A stretch of 64,000 nucleotides of DNA from Phycisphaerae bacterium. Its GTDB lineage: Bacteria > Planctomycetota > Phycisphaerae > UBA1845 > Fen-1342. The notes beneath the pieces are model-generated. The model did not search any database and was not told the DNA's origin. It saw only the letters and a program-made list of their open reading frames with translations. Below, piece after piece: positions 27,598 to 37,651 of the stretch. The position numbers and the translations under genes were made by a program. Numbering within the stretch: the first letter of the stretch is position 1; the number at the start of each line of letters is the position of its first letter. The stretch is from the NCBI GenBank assembly GCA_963675745.2, contig CAXXWX010000003.1, positions 96,001 to 160,000 on the forward strand, in the 5' to 3' direction.

Positions 27598-28776
27598 CTA
27601 GCCCGCCGATGCCTCGAGCGCCTGGCGCATCGATTCGAAGAAAGCCACGATCCGCTCGTCCGCAGCCGCGATGGCGTCGAGACGTTCAAAGCGCGCCATG
27701 GCTTCGGCGGCCCTGCGCTTGTCATTGAGCACCCACGCACAGTAGCCGGCGATCATTTGCGACGCGGCCGACTCGGGGTTTGAATCCCCGGCCTGGACAA
27801 ACTGCCGCATTTGGCGCTCGAGCCATTTCGATTCCCCGGCAGCCTCGTCGAAGTCACCGAAGTACTGTGCCATCTCCGGAAAATCGCTGAACAGGTCAGG
27901 CTTGCGCTCCGTCACGAGATACAGGTTCGTGATTGCCACACCCAAGTGTTCCTGGCCGAGTGCTCCATGTACGGTTAACAACGAGGGCAAGTATGCGTCG
28001 CGCTGCAATCGCCGCAGTGAGCTAAGCAGCGACATCGCGCGGCCCATCTCCGTGGACCGCGCCTCATCATCAGTCGCCGTCGTCGCGGCCTTGAAGTGGG
28101 CCAGCGCCCGGGATTTCATTGCGCTCAAACGCTTGTCCACCTCTGCCTCGAGGCGTGCCGACATCGGCCGGTCGTCCTTGACCTTCGCGTCGGCGGAAGA
28201 CGTATCTTCCGCAGCTGGCCTGAGGTTGAAGAATCGCTGGAAACCAGTCTCCGGCTTCGGGGTGTAATCGGGGCGTGGTACCAGGACACGCGGGGGCCAG
28301 CTTGCGCCGATCAGGTAGTCTGGGACCCGTCGGTGAGAGGTTGCCTCGGTGAAACCGCTCAACGCTCGCAAGCGCTGCGAGTACTCGGGCCGCACGTTGT
28401 AAATTCCGCGATCCGGAATACGGCGATTAGTGAACATACGTACATTCAAGCCGGTATCAAGCGGTAAAGCGCGCAGGGCGGCATGCCCGGTTCCCAGTCG
28501 CGGTGCGGCGCCGGGGATTCCGCGCGCCTCACCCCGCGTTCCCCGGAGCGATGACACCCTGCCCAGTTCGGTGTTAGTGCCGCCAATCTCGCCGAGGTGC
28601 TGAGACGCAGCGCTGCTGCTCGGCCGGTTGACAGCGGCGCGGCGCTGCGCGGGGGCGGAGGCAACGACCAACGCAAGAACGACCGCGATTGTCGCATATC
28701 GGCCGTGTGTCTTGTGCAAACGGAATACCTCGCAATCAGCTCCAGCGGGTTGTGATACACCGTGGCGTCCGATCAT
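27598..28776 (-). CDS. Secreted hypothetical protein with a C-terminal TPR-like region
   Basis: Signal-like segment IAVVLALVVASAPA, low-complexity Arg/Gly/Ser N-half, helical C-half. Start uncertain. Confidence 0.65.
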   Translation of the reverse strand: MIGRHGVSQPAGADCEVFRLHKTHGRYATIAVVLALVVASAPAQRRAAVNRPSSSAASQHLGEIGGTNTELGRVSSLRGTRGEARGIPGAAPRLGTGHAALRALPLDTGLNVRMFTNRRIPDRGIYNVRPEYSQRLRALSGFTEATSHRRVPDYLIGASWPPRVLVPRPDYTPKPETGFQRFFNLRPAAEDTSSADAKVKDDRPMSARLEAEVDKRLSAMKSRALAHFKAATTATDDEARSTEMGRAMSLLSSLRRLQRDAYLPSLLTVHGALGQEHLGVAITNLYLVTERKPDLFSDFPEMAQYFGDFDEAAGESKWLERQMRQFVQAGDSNPESAASQMIAGYCAWVLNDKRRAAEAMARFERLDAIAAADERIVAFFESMRQALEASAG

Positions 28777-28981
28777 ACCATCGGACGGGCCGACATCAAT
28801 GTGTAAGTCGCCAATGAACCTGGACGAAGATAAAGTTACTGTCGCAGGTTACCGTGCGTTGACACCCAGATTATGACATAATACGTACGGTGGAGCGAGG
28901 TGGGTGTTCGTGATCGCTTCCGAGCAATTCACCTCTCGTCATTTTCGTCCCATAACACGTACGCTCAGGTTGGACACGACA

Positions 28982-31900
28982 ATGAAGCTCAAGCTCGCGG
29001 CCCTTTTGGCCTTGACGTGGGGTGTTGCCGGCTGCCCCATTCAGTTGCCAACATCTGACAGCCCGACAGATGGGAACAGTCTGTCGCCGACCAGCTCAGA
29101 AAATGGCGACGTCAACGACGTGTCATCCGCCCGTGATCTTCCCACGATCGAGAACGGACGCGTCAAAATCCGCATCGTAAACAAGGCAACATCCGCTGCG
29201 ACTGTCCGCACGACGATGCGCATTGCCGGCGTGCAGGTCCACGCTGCCACCAAGCAGGTGCCGGCGGCCCGTGACGACATCGTCGTCGGACCGGACACCG
29301 CGGATGCGGTAGTCGTCGAGGCTACCGTCTTATCGGAACCTCCGGAGACGCTGCCGATCGCGACCTATTTTCTTGGCCGCGACTTTGCCGCCGGCGACAC
29401 CATCCAATACGTGATTCCCGCCGGCACTGACCCGAACGACAACGGCGACTCCGAGCAGCAGGCGCCGCCCGTGGAAGATCCCAACGACGCGCCGGCTGAT
29501 CCCAACGACACACCCGTCGATCCCGGTACCCTCACCGTGGCATTGGCCGATCTCGACCCAGGACTCGTCGTGAATCCCGGCACGCCTGTCTCATTCGGCG
29601 TGGTCACGTCTGCATTCACGTCAGCGGCGACGCTGACCGTGTCCGCCGCGCGCGACGATGGTGTCGGCGACCCGATCGTTGTCGTCGATACCGCGGCGGT
29701 TGCCGACAGCGTCGATGTGGTCTGGGACACGACGGGCGTTGTGCCGGCCACGTATGTGCTCGCGGCGCGGGTGACCGATGGTGACCGCACTGCACAATCG
29801 GATATGTCGACCACCAAGGTGCGTATCAATGCCCAGCCTGACCTCGTGTTTGAACATCCCGTCGACGGCACGGTTGTAACGCGCGGCGAGGGACTGCTGA
29901 TTACCTGGACCGCGACGGATGCGGATGACGATGCGTTGGTGATGGTTTTCATAGACCGTGACGGCCAGGCCGGCACGGATGACGAACAGACGTTGAGCGA
30001 AGGTATCTCTGAAGACGACGCTGGCGATGGTGAGCTGAATCTCGCCACCGACGAACTGGAGCTGGGTACGTGGTTCGTCGGCGGTCAGATCAGTGACGGG
30101 CTGACGACGCGGTTAGTCTACGCCGGCAGTTTCGAGATCGTGGCCGTCCCCGCCCCGTTGTCCATCAGCATCGAAGGTCTCGAGGCCGACCAGGTGGTCA
30201 ACGCGGGCACCAAGGTCGGCTTCGATCTGGTAATGGCGAATTTCTCGGCTGTCGCCCGCGCGACGGTTTTTGCAGACGTTGACGATGATCCGACCAATGG
30301 GCGCGTCACCGTGGCCGAAGACGTCGTCGCGGCCGAACGGGTGGCCGTGTCCTGGGATACGAGTGGTCTGGCGCCGGGTACCTACCGCGTCTACGCACGC
30401 GTGGCGGACGGCTCGACAACCGCCGATTCGGGAGTGGCCGTCGGCACCGTGCGAATCAACGCGTTGCCCGAGCTGGTCATCGTCAGTCCGTTTGAGGACA
30501 CGCTCTTGACGCGCGGCCGACCGTTGGTTGTGGCCTGGGCCGGACAGGATCCTGATGATGAGGCTTCAATCACAATCTTCCTCGATCACGACGGCGTTGC
30601 CGACAGCGGCGACGAAGTCGAGCTGGCAGCCGATGTTCCCGCCAGTGACGTGTCACAACGTGACCTCGAGCTCAATACGTCGGGTCTCGCGGTGGGTGTT
30701 TACTTCATTGGTGGTCGCATCACCGACCAGCTCACCACGATAAACGCCTACGCCGGTGGGACCGTGTCCATCGAGGAGCGCCTGCTGGGCAAATTCACGC
30801 CTGTCGAACTGGGTGCGTCGGGGCTGACGCCGATGACCACGGTGACGCCCGACGGGCAGAATCTCGGCCTCGGCGCGGCGGTGGATATCTCCGGCGATCT
30901 GAATGGGGACGGGCTGGCGGACTTGATCGCCGGCGCGCCGGTGGATGGGCTCTCAGGGCTGCGCGCGGGCGACGGGACGGCGGTTGATCGCGTGTACTAC
31001 CACACGATGGCCGACGGCAACTGGCCGGCCACGTTGAGTGCCTCAACGGCGTCGCTGACGATCGAAGGTGAGACGGGAAGCGGAACTCTGGGGGCGGCGT
31101 TGGCGATTCTGCCATCCGTGGACGGTGATGGAGTCGATGACCTCCTGCTTGGTGCGCCGGCGTACAACTCCCTGGACGGGCGTGTCTATCTGCTCAGCGG
31201 CCGGCCCACCTTGCTCCAGTCAAGTCCGTTCTCGCTCACCAAGCTGGCCGCACCGCTCGGCACTCGTTTCACGGGCTCAGCGGAATTGGCCGGCGCGGCC
31301 GTCGCACACATTGGCGACCTGGACGCCGATGGGACGCCTGATTACGCCTACGGCAGCCCGAATTTCAGTGAGCCGCGTAACGGATATGGCAGCGGCGGGG
31401 TTGTAGCCGCGGTGCGTGGCGGCTTCGTGCCGCCCGAGCTGTACACGACTGAAATCGGTTGGACCACGCCCGGTACACTCTTTGTCGGCCCCGTCGGTTC
31501 ACGTAGCGGCTTCGCAATCGGCTATGTTCGCGACCTCAACGCCGACAAGGCCGATGAACTGCTCATCGGTGCACCGGGCGCCGCGATAAACAACAACGCC
31601 TCGGGCGCTGCCTATCTCGTTTTTGGCCAGCCCGACTTCTTCGACAACTACAACGGTGAATCCTCTGTTGTCGACCTGGCTACGTCCGACAATCGCATCG
31701 TACTGGCCGGTGAGGTCGCCAACGATCAGGCGGGCGCTGCCGTCGCTCACGCTGATTTCAACGGCGACGGCAAGGATGATCTGATCATCGGTGCACCGGG
31801 CGCGGGGCAATTTGCGGGGCGCGTGTATGTCGTGTTCGGCCTGGACGAGCTCGTCGAGACGGAAGCATCCAGCCCGTTATTGTTGGCGAATGTCGGCACG

Positions 31901-32314
31901 GCGGCGCTGCCGGGCGTCGTGCTCAACGGAACGAACGCCGGTGACCTGGTTGGCACGCGCGTCCTGTCAGGCGGGGACTTCGATGGTGATGGCCGCGAAG
32001 ACCTCCTGATCGGTGCGCCGGGCGCCGATGATCAGCGTGGTGCGGTGTACCTCGTCTACGGGCGTGATACCACCGGCGATGATCCACTCACCAGCCGGCT
32101 CGATCTGGCTGACATCGCCAAGCCGCTTTTGCCCGGTTGGAGACTCACCGGCGACCAACCGCTGCGCCATCTGGGTACCGCGTTATCCGCGGGGCGTCTC
32201 AACAACGATGGCCCGGCCGATGTCGCGATCGGCGCACCGGGCTATCGCGACGGCCTGGGAGCGGGAGTCTCCGGCGAGATTTACCTGATCTTCGGCCGCG
32301 GCAACAATGACTAA
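28982..32314 (+). CDS. Large acidic lipoprotein with duplicated Ig-like modules and an FG-GAP (integrin-alpha-like) beta-propeller
   Basis: MKLKLAALLALTWGVAGC lipobox. About seven repeats of the type GD(L/F)(N/D)GDG.xDL.IGAP...GxVYL.FG at the C-terminus. Confidence 0.88.
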   Translation: MKLKLAALLALTWGVAGCPIQLPTSDSPTDGNSLSPTSSENGDVNDVSSARDLPTIENGRVKIRIVNKATSAATVRTTMRIAGVQVHAATKQVPAARDDIVVGPDTADAVVVEATVLSEPPETLPIATYFLGRDFAAGDTIQYVIPAGTDPNDNGDSEQQAPPVEDPNDAPADPNDTPVDPGTLTVALADLDPGLVVNPGTPVSFGVVTSAFTSAATLTVSAARDDGVGDPIVVVDTAAVADSVDVVWDTTGVVPATYVLAARVTDGDRTAQSDMSTTKVRINAQPDLVFEHPVDGTVVTRGEGLLITWTATDADDDALVMVFIDRDGQAGTDDEQTLSEGISEDDAGDGELNLATDELELGTWFVGGQISDGLTTRLVYAGSFEIVAVPAPLSISIEGLEADQVVNAGTKVGFDLVMANFSAVARATVFADVDDDPTNGRVTVAEDVVAAERVAVSWDTSGLAPGTYRVYARVADGSTTADSGVAVGTVRINALPELVIVSPFEDTLLTRGRPLVVAWAGQDPDDEASITIFLDHDGVADSGDEVELAADVPASDVSQRDLELNTSGLAVGVYFIGGRITDQLTTINAYAGGTVSIEERLLGKFTPVELGASGLTPMTTVTPDGQNLGLGAAVDISGDLNGDGLADLIAGAPVDGLSGLRAGDGTAVDRVYYHTMADGNWPATLSASTASLTIEGETGSGTLGAALAILPSVDGDGVDDLLLGAPAYNSLDGRVYLLSGRPTLLQSSPFSLTKLAAPLGTRFTGSAELAGAAVAHIGDLDADGTPDYAYGSPNFSEPRNGYGSGGVVAAVRGGFVPPELYTTEIGWTTPGTLFVGPVGSRSGFAIGYVRDLNADKADELLIGAPGAAINNNASGAAYLVFGQPDFFDNYNGESSVVDLATSDNRIVLAGEVANDQAGAAVAHADFNGDGKDDLIIGAPGAGQFAGRVYVVFGLDELVETEASSPLLLANVGTAALPGVVLNGTNAGDLVGTRVLSGGDFDGDGREDLLIGAPGADDQRGAVYLVYGRDTTGDDPLTSRLDLADIAKPLLPGWRLTGDQPLRHLGTALSAGRLNNDGPADVAIGAPGYRDGLGAGVSGEIYLIFGRGNND

Positions 32315-32576
32315 GGCATGAACCAGCCAAGCGTGGCGTCAGGCTTCCGAGCCTAGCGCCATGGCTGGTTCGAGACGGTGCGACCGCCTGTGAATCACGG
32401 GGCGTGAAGCAGCACTCCGTCGAGGCGACTTGGCGCTCACGTCGTGTCGTAATCCATCGATTGCCCCCGCGAGAGTGCTTGACGGCATCCGGCCTGCTCT
32501 GATAATCGTCACGGACCCTGGCACGCGCCTGCGCAATGTCGCACGTCCTGCCTGCGGCCGCCCGCGACGGATTAGC

Positions 32577-34526
32577 ATGAGTAAGCCGAAGGCTCCCAAA
32601 GCAGAGTCCAAGACAGCCGCTCGACGAGTGCCCCCACCTCCTCCGGCGGGTGAGCGCGCGGGGGCGGTTCCATTGCGGCCCTTGTTGGCGGAGTTGTGCG
32701 CCGTGGCCCTGCGCTACGCGTTCACGTTCGTGTCCATGTCGCTGATATTCCAGCCAACGACCTGGTGGCCGCTCGCATTCGTGTGCCTGACGCCTTGGGC
32801 CGTGGCGACCTGCCGGACCGATCGTGCGTGGGTGGCACATTGGCTGAGCTTCCTGGGTGGCTGGATCTTTTTCCTGGCGAACCTGCGCTGGCTGATGCCC
32901 GTGACAGGGCTGGGATTTGTCGCCCTGGCGTTTTATCTGGCGATCTACTGGCCGCTGGCGGCCTGGGCCCTGCGAACGGGCCGCCGCCGGGGAATCTCGC
33001 CGATCTGGACGCTGCCGGTTATCTGGGTGGCCTGCGAATATCTGCGCGCATTTGTCATGAGCGGTATCCCCTGGCTCTTCCTCTCACACAGCTTCGCGGG
33101 CGTCTTGTCGTTGATTCAGATCAGCGACATCACCGGCGCCTATGGCGTGACCTTCCTCGCCGCGATGGTCAACGGCGTATTCACTGAGGCCAGCCTGCAA
33201 AAATGGACCATGCCCGGCGATGTGCCGCGCAGGAAGCAACTCCGAATCGGGGCCATCTGCTGCGGCGTGGCGATCGTCGCGGCGCTGGTCTACGGGCAGT
33301 ACCGGCTGGGCCAGGTTGGCCGCGTGCGACAAGGCCCGAAGGTCGCCGTCATACAGGAAGATTTCCCGCTGGTCAGCACGCCGCCCTATGGCGACCCGCC
33401 GTGGATCATCTTCACGCGTTACATAGACCTGGCGGCACAGGCCGTATTGACGACCGAGCCGGACCTCGTCGTTTTCCCGGAAACCGTCTGGAGCACCACG
33501 CAGAACAAGTCCTTTGTGGAAAACGACTACCAGGGTGGTGAAGATGACCCGCGCGGGGTGTGGCTTTTCAGTCGGCAATGTCATGACGCCATCTCCGCCT
33601 TTGCGCGCGGCGAATATGCGGCTGTCAACGAAGCCCTCAATCGCATGGAGACTTTCGCGCAACGTGCGAACAGCAACACGCGCCTACCACGACTTCCCGA
33701 GGTGCCGGCCCGCCCCGTAACCGTAATCGTGGGCGCGAAGTCGGTGGAGTACTTCCCCGAGCACGCCTACCCCAAGCGCAAGGAATACAACTCGGCCCTG
33801 GTATACGCACCGGATGGGCAACAACTCGATGAGCGCTATGACAAGCAGCATCTGGTGCCTTTTGGCGAGGCCGTACCCTTCCGCTACGGCCGCCTGCACT
33901 GGCTCTACCGGCGGCTGAATGCGCTCAGCCCGTTCAGCGGCAAGGATGGGACTCACGAGTATTCCCTGAGCACCGGGGCGCGCCAGACGCGCTTCGCGCT
34001 CGGCACCGCACCGGACCGGCCGCACTTCGGCACGCCAATCTGCTACGAAGACGTCATGCCGCGCATCGCCCGCAAATACGTCTGGGACGGGAGCGATCGG
34101 CGCGTCGATTTCCTGGTCAACATCAGCAACGACGGGTGGTTTCTGCACAGCTCCGAGCTGCCACAGCATCTGGCGATCTGCGTCTTCAGAGCGGTCGAAA
34201 ACCGAGTCGGCATCGTACGTGCCGTCAACACCGGTATCAGCGGTTTCATCGATCCGGACGGACGTGTCTATAGCCTGGTGCGCGCGCCTGATGGGCGGCT
34301 GTATCGCAAGGACGCTGAGGGCCGTGGTGTCGTCGGCTACAGCACCGACCATGTGCTCATCGACAATCGCCACAGCTTCTACGGCCGCTTCGGTGATTGG
34401 CTGCCCAAAGTGTGTCTGATTCTGGCCGCCGTCTTGTGGATCGAGGGCATTGTGGCGCGCTGGGTCTGGGGCCTGCGCCAGCACTTGCTGATGCACATAC
34501 GGAAGCGAGGTGCCCGAAATGCCTGA
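32577..34526 (+). CDS. lnt: Apolipoprotein N-acyltransferase
   Basis: Multiple TMs, IQISDITGAYG, FPET (Glu), YDKQHLVPFGE (Lys), ICYED (Cys), NISNDGWF, RAVENR, NTGISGFIDP.GR. Confidence 0.95.
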   Translation: MSKPKAPKAESKTAARRVPPPPPAGERAGAVPLRPLLAELCAVALRYAFTFVSMSLIFQPTTWWPLAFVCLTPWAVATCRTDRAWVAHWLSFLGGWIFFLANLRWLMPVTGLGFVALAFYLAIYWPLAAWALRTGRRRGISPIWTLPVIWVACEYLRAFVMSGIPWLFLSHSFAGVLSLIQISDITGAYGVTFLAAMVNGVFTEASLQKWTMPGDVPRRKQLRIGAICCGVAIVAALVYGQYRLGQVGRVRQGPKVAVIQEDFPLVSTPPYGDPPWIIFTRYIDLAAQAVLTTEPDLVVFPETVWSTTQNKSFVENDYQGGEDDPRGVWLFSRQCHDAISAFARGEYAAVNEALNRMETFAQRANSNTRLPRLPEVPARPVTVIVGAKSVEYFPEHAYPKRKEYNSALVYAPDGQQLDERYDKQHLVPFGEAVPFRYGRLHWLYRRLNALSPFSGKDGTHEYSLSTGARQTRFALGTAPDRPHFGTPICYEDVMPRIARKYVWDGSDRRVDFLVNISNDGWFLHSSELPQHLAICVFRAVENRVGIVRAVNTGISGFIDPDGRVYSLVRAPDGRLYRKDAEGRGVVGYSTDHVLIDNRHSFYGRFGDWLPKVCLILAAVLWIEGIVARWVWGLRQHLLMHIRKRGARNA

Positions 34527-35574
34527 CATCACGGCCAGAGGCGGTGTTCGCAGCCGATGCGCGGTATGCGCCCTCCAATTGCCGCTGTTGACCATGCTGC
34601 TGTGTTTGTTTGGCTGCCACGGCGGCGACGCGCGCCTGTCACTGTCCCAAAGGGCGGACATGAAGCGTCGTGCGCTGGATTTGTTACTACGCGCCGGTGA
34701 AAGCGAGTTTGATGATGTCGCCGCGCACGCGCTTGAAGCGCTGGCGGACGTCGCGCCCGATGAGGGCACGCCGCTGTTTCGACGCGCCCTCGCATCGGAT
34801 CGGCCGCTGATTCGCTACGCCGGTCTCGTTTCGCTCGGCCGCCTGAACAAGCGCGATGCGCTGCCGGCCATCCGCAAGTGCATACGCGATCAACATGCCC
34901 ACGTGCGCCTGGCGGCGGCATTCGCAGCGCTGCGTTGCGGAGGAAGTGAGCAGACCTATGGGCCCTTGCTGGCAGACGCACTGAGCGACAGTCCGGAGGA
35001 AAACCTGCGGGCCGAGGCCGCCGCACTGATCGGGCGACTGGGTGAACGGCGCGCCGTCAAGCGTTTGCAGCTCGCCCAGCGGCGTGAAAAGTCTTCCCTG
35101 GTGCTTGTGCAGATTGTCGGCGCGCTGGCCACGCTGGGCGATGAGAATGCGTTCCAGCGTTTGCTGGCCTATACCCAGGGCGACCAGGCGGCGCGCGTTG
35201 TGGCGCTTCAGCTTCTTGTTGAGCTCGCCGATCCGAGAGCCCGCGACGCCCTTCTTGATCGGCTCCATGCGCCGGCCGACAGCGAGTACATTGTCGTAAA
35301 GCTGCTGGCGGCACGGGGTCTGGGGCGGATCGGGTCGGATGCGGGCTTCAAGCTGGCGCTGACGATGGCCGATGAGCGCACCGCCGTGGACGTGCGCGAC
35401 GACGCCCAACGTTTTGAAGAGCGGATGAAGATCCGCACGAACGCGGCACTGGCGCTGGGCGCGATCGGCGACCAACGCGCCCTGCCGCATCTGCAAAATC
35501 TGGCGCAACTCCAGGATGACCCGCGCATCCAGGTGGCCGCCTGCTGGGCGATCCTCGACATTCTCGGCGATTAA
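34519..35574 (+). CDS. HEAT-repeat lipoprotein
   Basis: LFGC lipobox. Repeats such as VRLAAAFAAL, LRAEAAALIGRLG, IRTNAALALGAIGD. Overlaps the lnt stop. Confidence 0.8.
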   Translation: MPDITARGGVRSRCAVCALQLPLLTMLLCLFGCHGGDARLSLSQRADMKRRALDLLLRAGESEFDDVAAHALEALADVAPDEGTPLFRRALASDRPLIRYAGLVSLGRLNKRDALPAIRKCIRDQHAHVRLAAAFAALRCGGSEQTYGPLLADALSDSPEENLRAEAAALIGRLGERRAVKRLQLAQRREKSSLVLVQIVGALATLGDENAFQRLLAYTQGDQAARVVALQLLVELADPRARDALLDRLHAPADSEYIVVKLLAARGLGRIGSDAGFKLALTMADERTAVDVRDDAQRFEERMKIRTNAALALGAIGDQRALPHLQNLAQLQDDPRIQVAACWAILDILGD

Positions 35575-35650
35575 ACGCGACGCCGTACTATCCAACCGAT
35601 TGACGTCCGGCTCGGGGGCCGGACGCTACCGCATATTGCTCGACTGGCTG

Positions 35651-36913
35651 CTACGCGTGTCCCAGGGGGAACTGCGAACATAGCTCGGTAACGCGTTGCC
35701 GGACGCCGACGAGTCTGGCGTCATCACCCTCGGCGGACATCGCCTCGTGGGCCAGCTCCGCCACCAACGCCATCTCCGGCTCGCGCAATCCGCGCGTGGT
35801 CAGCGCCGGCGTGCCGAGGCGCAGGCCGCTGGTCTCCGTCGGCTTGCGCTCATCAAACGGGATCATGTTCTTGTTGGTGATGATCCCGGCCTGCTCCAGC
35901 CAGGCCTCGGCCTGTTTGCCGGTCAGATCGGGATGCACGTCGCGCAGGTCGACGAGCATCAGGTGGGTGTCGGTGCCCCCCGAAACGAGACGATAGCCGC
36001 GCGACTGGAGGCTCTCGGCGAGGGCGCGCGCGTTGTTGATGATCTGCTGCTGGTATTCCTTGAACTCGGGCCGCAGCGCCTCGCCGAATGCCGTGGCCTT
36101 GGCGGTGATGATGTGCATCAGCGGGCCGCCCTGCGTGCCGGGGAATACCCAGCGATTGATCAGCTTGGCGTCATCTCCGGCGCGGCAGAGAATCAGTCCG
36201 CCGCGCGGTCCGCGCAGCGTTTTGTGTGTCGTCGTGGTCGTGTAGTCGGCGTGCGGAATCGACGTCGGGTGCAGACCGGTTGCGACCAGGCCGGCGATGT
36301 GCGCGATGTCGGCCATCAGGCGTGCCCCGACCTCCCGCGCGATCTCGCCAAAAGCGGCAAAGTCAATGGTGCGCGGATATGCCGATGCACCGGCGATGAT
36401 CAGCTTTGGCTTGTGCTCATGGGCCAGCCGTCGCACTTCCGCCATATCGACCTGTTCGGTGCCGCGCGCCACGCCGTACGGCACAATATTGAACAGCGCC
36501 CCGCTGAAGTTGACCTTCAGCCCATGGGAGAGGTGCCCGCCGTGAGCCAGATCCAGTGACAGGACCGTGTCGCCGGGTCGCGCGCAGGCCAGGAACGCGG
36601 CCACATTCGCTGACGCCCCGGAGTGTGGCTGAACATTGGCGAACTCGGCGCCGAACAGCTCTTTGGCCCGCTCGCGCGCCAGTTCCTCGATCGCATCCAT
36701 GTTGACGCAGCCGCCGTAATAGCGCCGACCCGGATAGCCCTCGGCGTACTTGTTGGTGAAGACCGAACCGGCGGCCTCGCGCACGGCACGGGAGACGTGA
36801 TTCTCCGAGGCGATCAGCTCGAGCGTGTTCTGCTGCCGCTCCTCCTCCTGGCGAATGATCGCGGCAACGCGCGGGTCGGTTTCAGCAATCGGCTGCGTCA
36901 TGAATGAGTGCAT
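35651..36913 (-). CDS. glyA: Serine hydroxymethyltransferase
   Basis: [69 protein letters not shown]. Confidence 0.98.
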   Translation of the reverse strand: MHSFMTQPIAETDPRVAAIIRQEEERQQNTLELIASENHVSRAVREAAGSVFTNKYAEGYPGRRYYGGCVNMDAIEELARERAKELFGAEFANVQPHSGASANVAAFLACARPGDTVLSLDLAHGGHLSHGLKVNFSGALFNIVPYGVARGTEQVDMAEVRRLAHEHKPKLIIAGASAYPRTIDFAAFGEIAREVGARLMADIAHIAGLVATGLHPTSIPHADYTTTTTHKTLRGPRGGLILCRAGDDAKLINRWVFPGTQGGPLMHIITAKATAFGEALRPEFKEYQQQIINNARALAESLQSRGYRLVSGGTDTHLMLVDLRDVHPDLTGKQAEAWLEQAGIITNKNMIPFDERKPTETSGLRLGTPALTTRGLREPEMALVAELAHEAMSAEGDDARLVGVRQRVTELCSQFPLGHA

Positions 36914-36975
36914 GTGTGGTTCCCTCTGGTCAGTAGGCCGCGCCACTGGGGCACGTGTACAGATGATTACGGTTG

Positions 36976-37572
36976 TTACTCGTTATCAGGTTGGCCGGCC
37001 GGAGCTTCGCTGATCTCCCCGGTTACGGGCGGCGCGAACGCACGCCGCAACTCCGCCAGCAGACGCTGCTCCACTCCGACATCGCGGCGCACCTTGGTCC
37101 AAACCTGGTTCTGAGATTCGGTGGTGGCCCCGTCATCCTCGATCGGCGTGCGCGCCGGTGAGTCGTCGATTCGGCCGGTCGCCGATCGAAGTGCCGTTCG
37201 GCGGGCCGTGTCCTGGCGCTCGATGTCGATCCGCAGGCGTGCGACGGTTTGTCCGCCCAGCGATTCGCTGGCAAACCGCGCCACGCGGCGCATGCGCGAA
37301 CGGCCGCGGTAGAAGTCACGCGTGGTTCCGCTTTCACGCCTGGTCGTGTATTCAACCGGCGCACTGACAATCGTACGCGCCGCGCGGTTGGTGGTCACAG
37401 CGCGAAACTCGCGTGCCAACACGAGCTCGCCGGCCTGGAGCACTTCATCGGGCGTGGCGTCGTCAATCACGATCGTGCGGTAAGTCATGGCCGCGGGGCC
37501 GGTGTCAACCTCGCAGCCGACCAGGGTGGTGAGTCCGAACATGACGACCAAAACCGCGCAGGCTCGGTTCAT
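36976..37572 (-). CDS. Hypothetical lipoprotein
   Basis: ATG37572 with GAGG RBS; lipobox LVGC. Confidence 0.7.
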   Translation of the reverse strand: MNRACAVLVVMFGLTTLVGCEVDTGPAAMTYRTIVIDDATPDEVLQAGELVLAREFRAVTTNRAARTIVSAPVEYTTRRESGTTRDFYRGRSRMRRVARFASESLGGQTVARLRIDIERQDTARRTALRSATGRIDDSPARTPIEDDGATTESQNQVWTKVRRDVGVEQRLLAELRRAFAPPVTGEISEAPAGQPDNE

Positions 37573-37651
37573 TGCTTGACCTCCCAGTGATTGTCGCGTG
37601 CGACCGCTACCGGCACCGCCGCGCCATGTGATCATGCCGACCGAGCATCAG

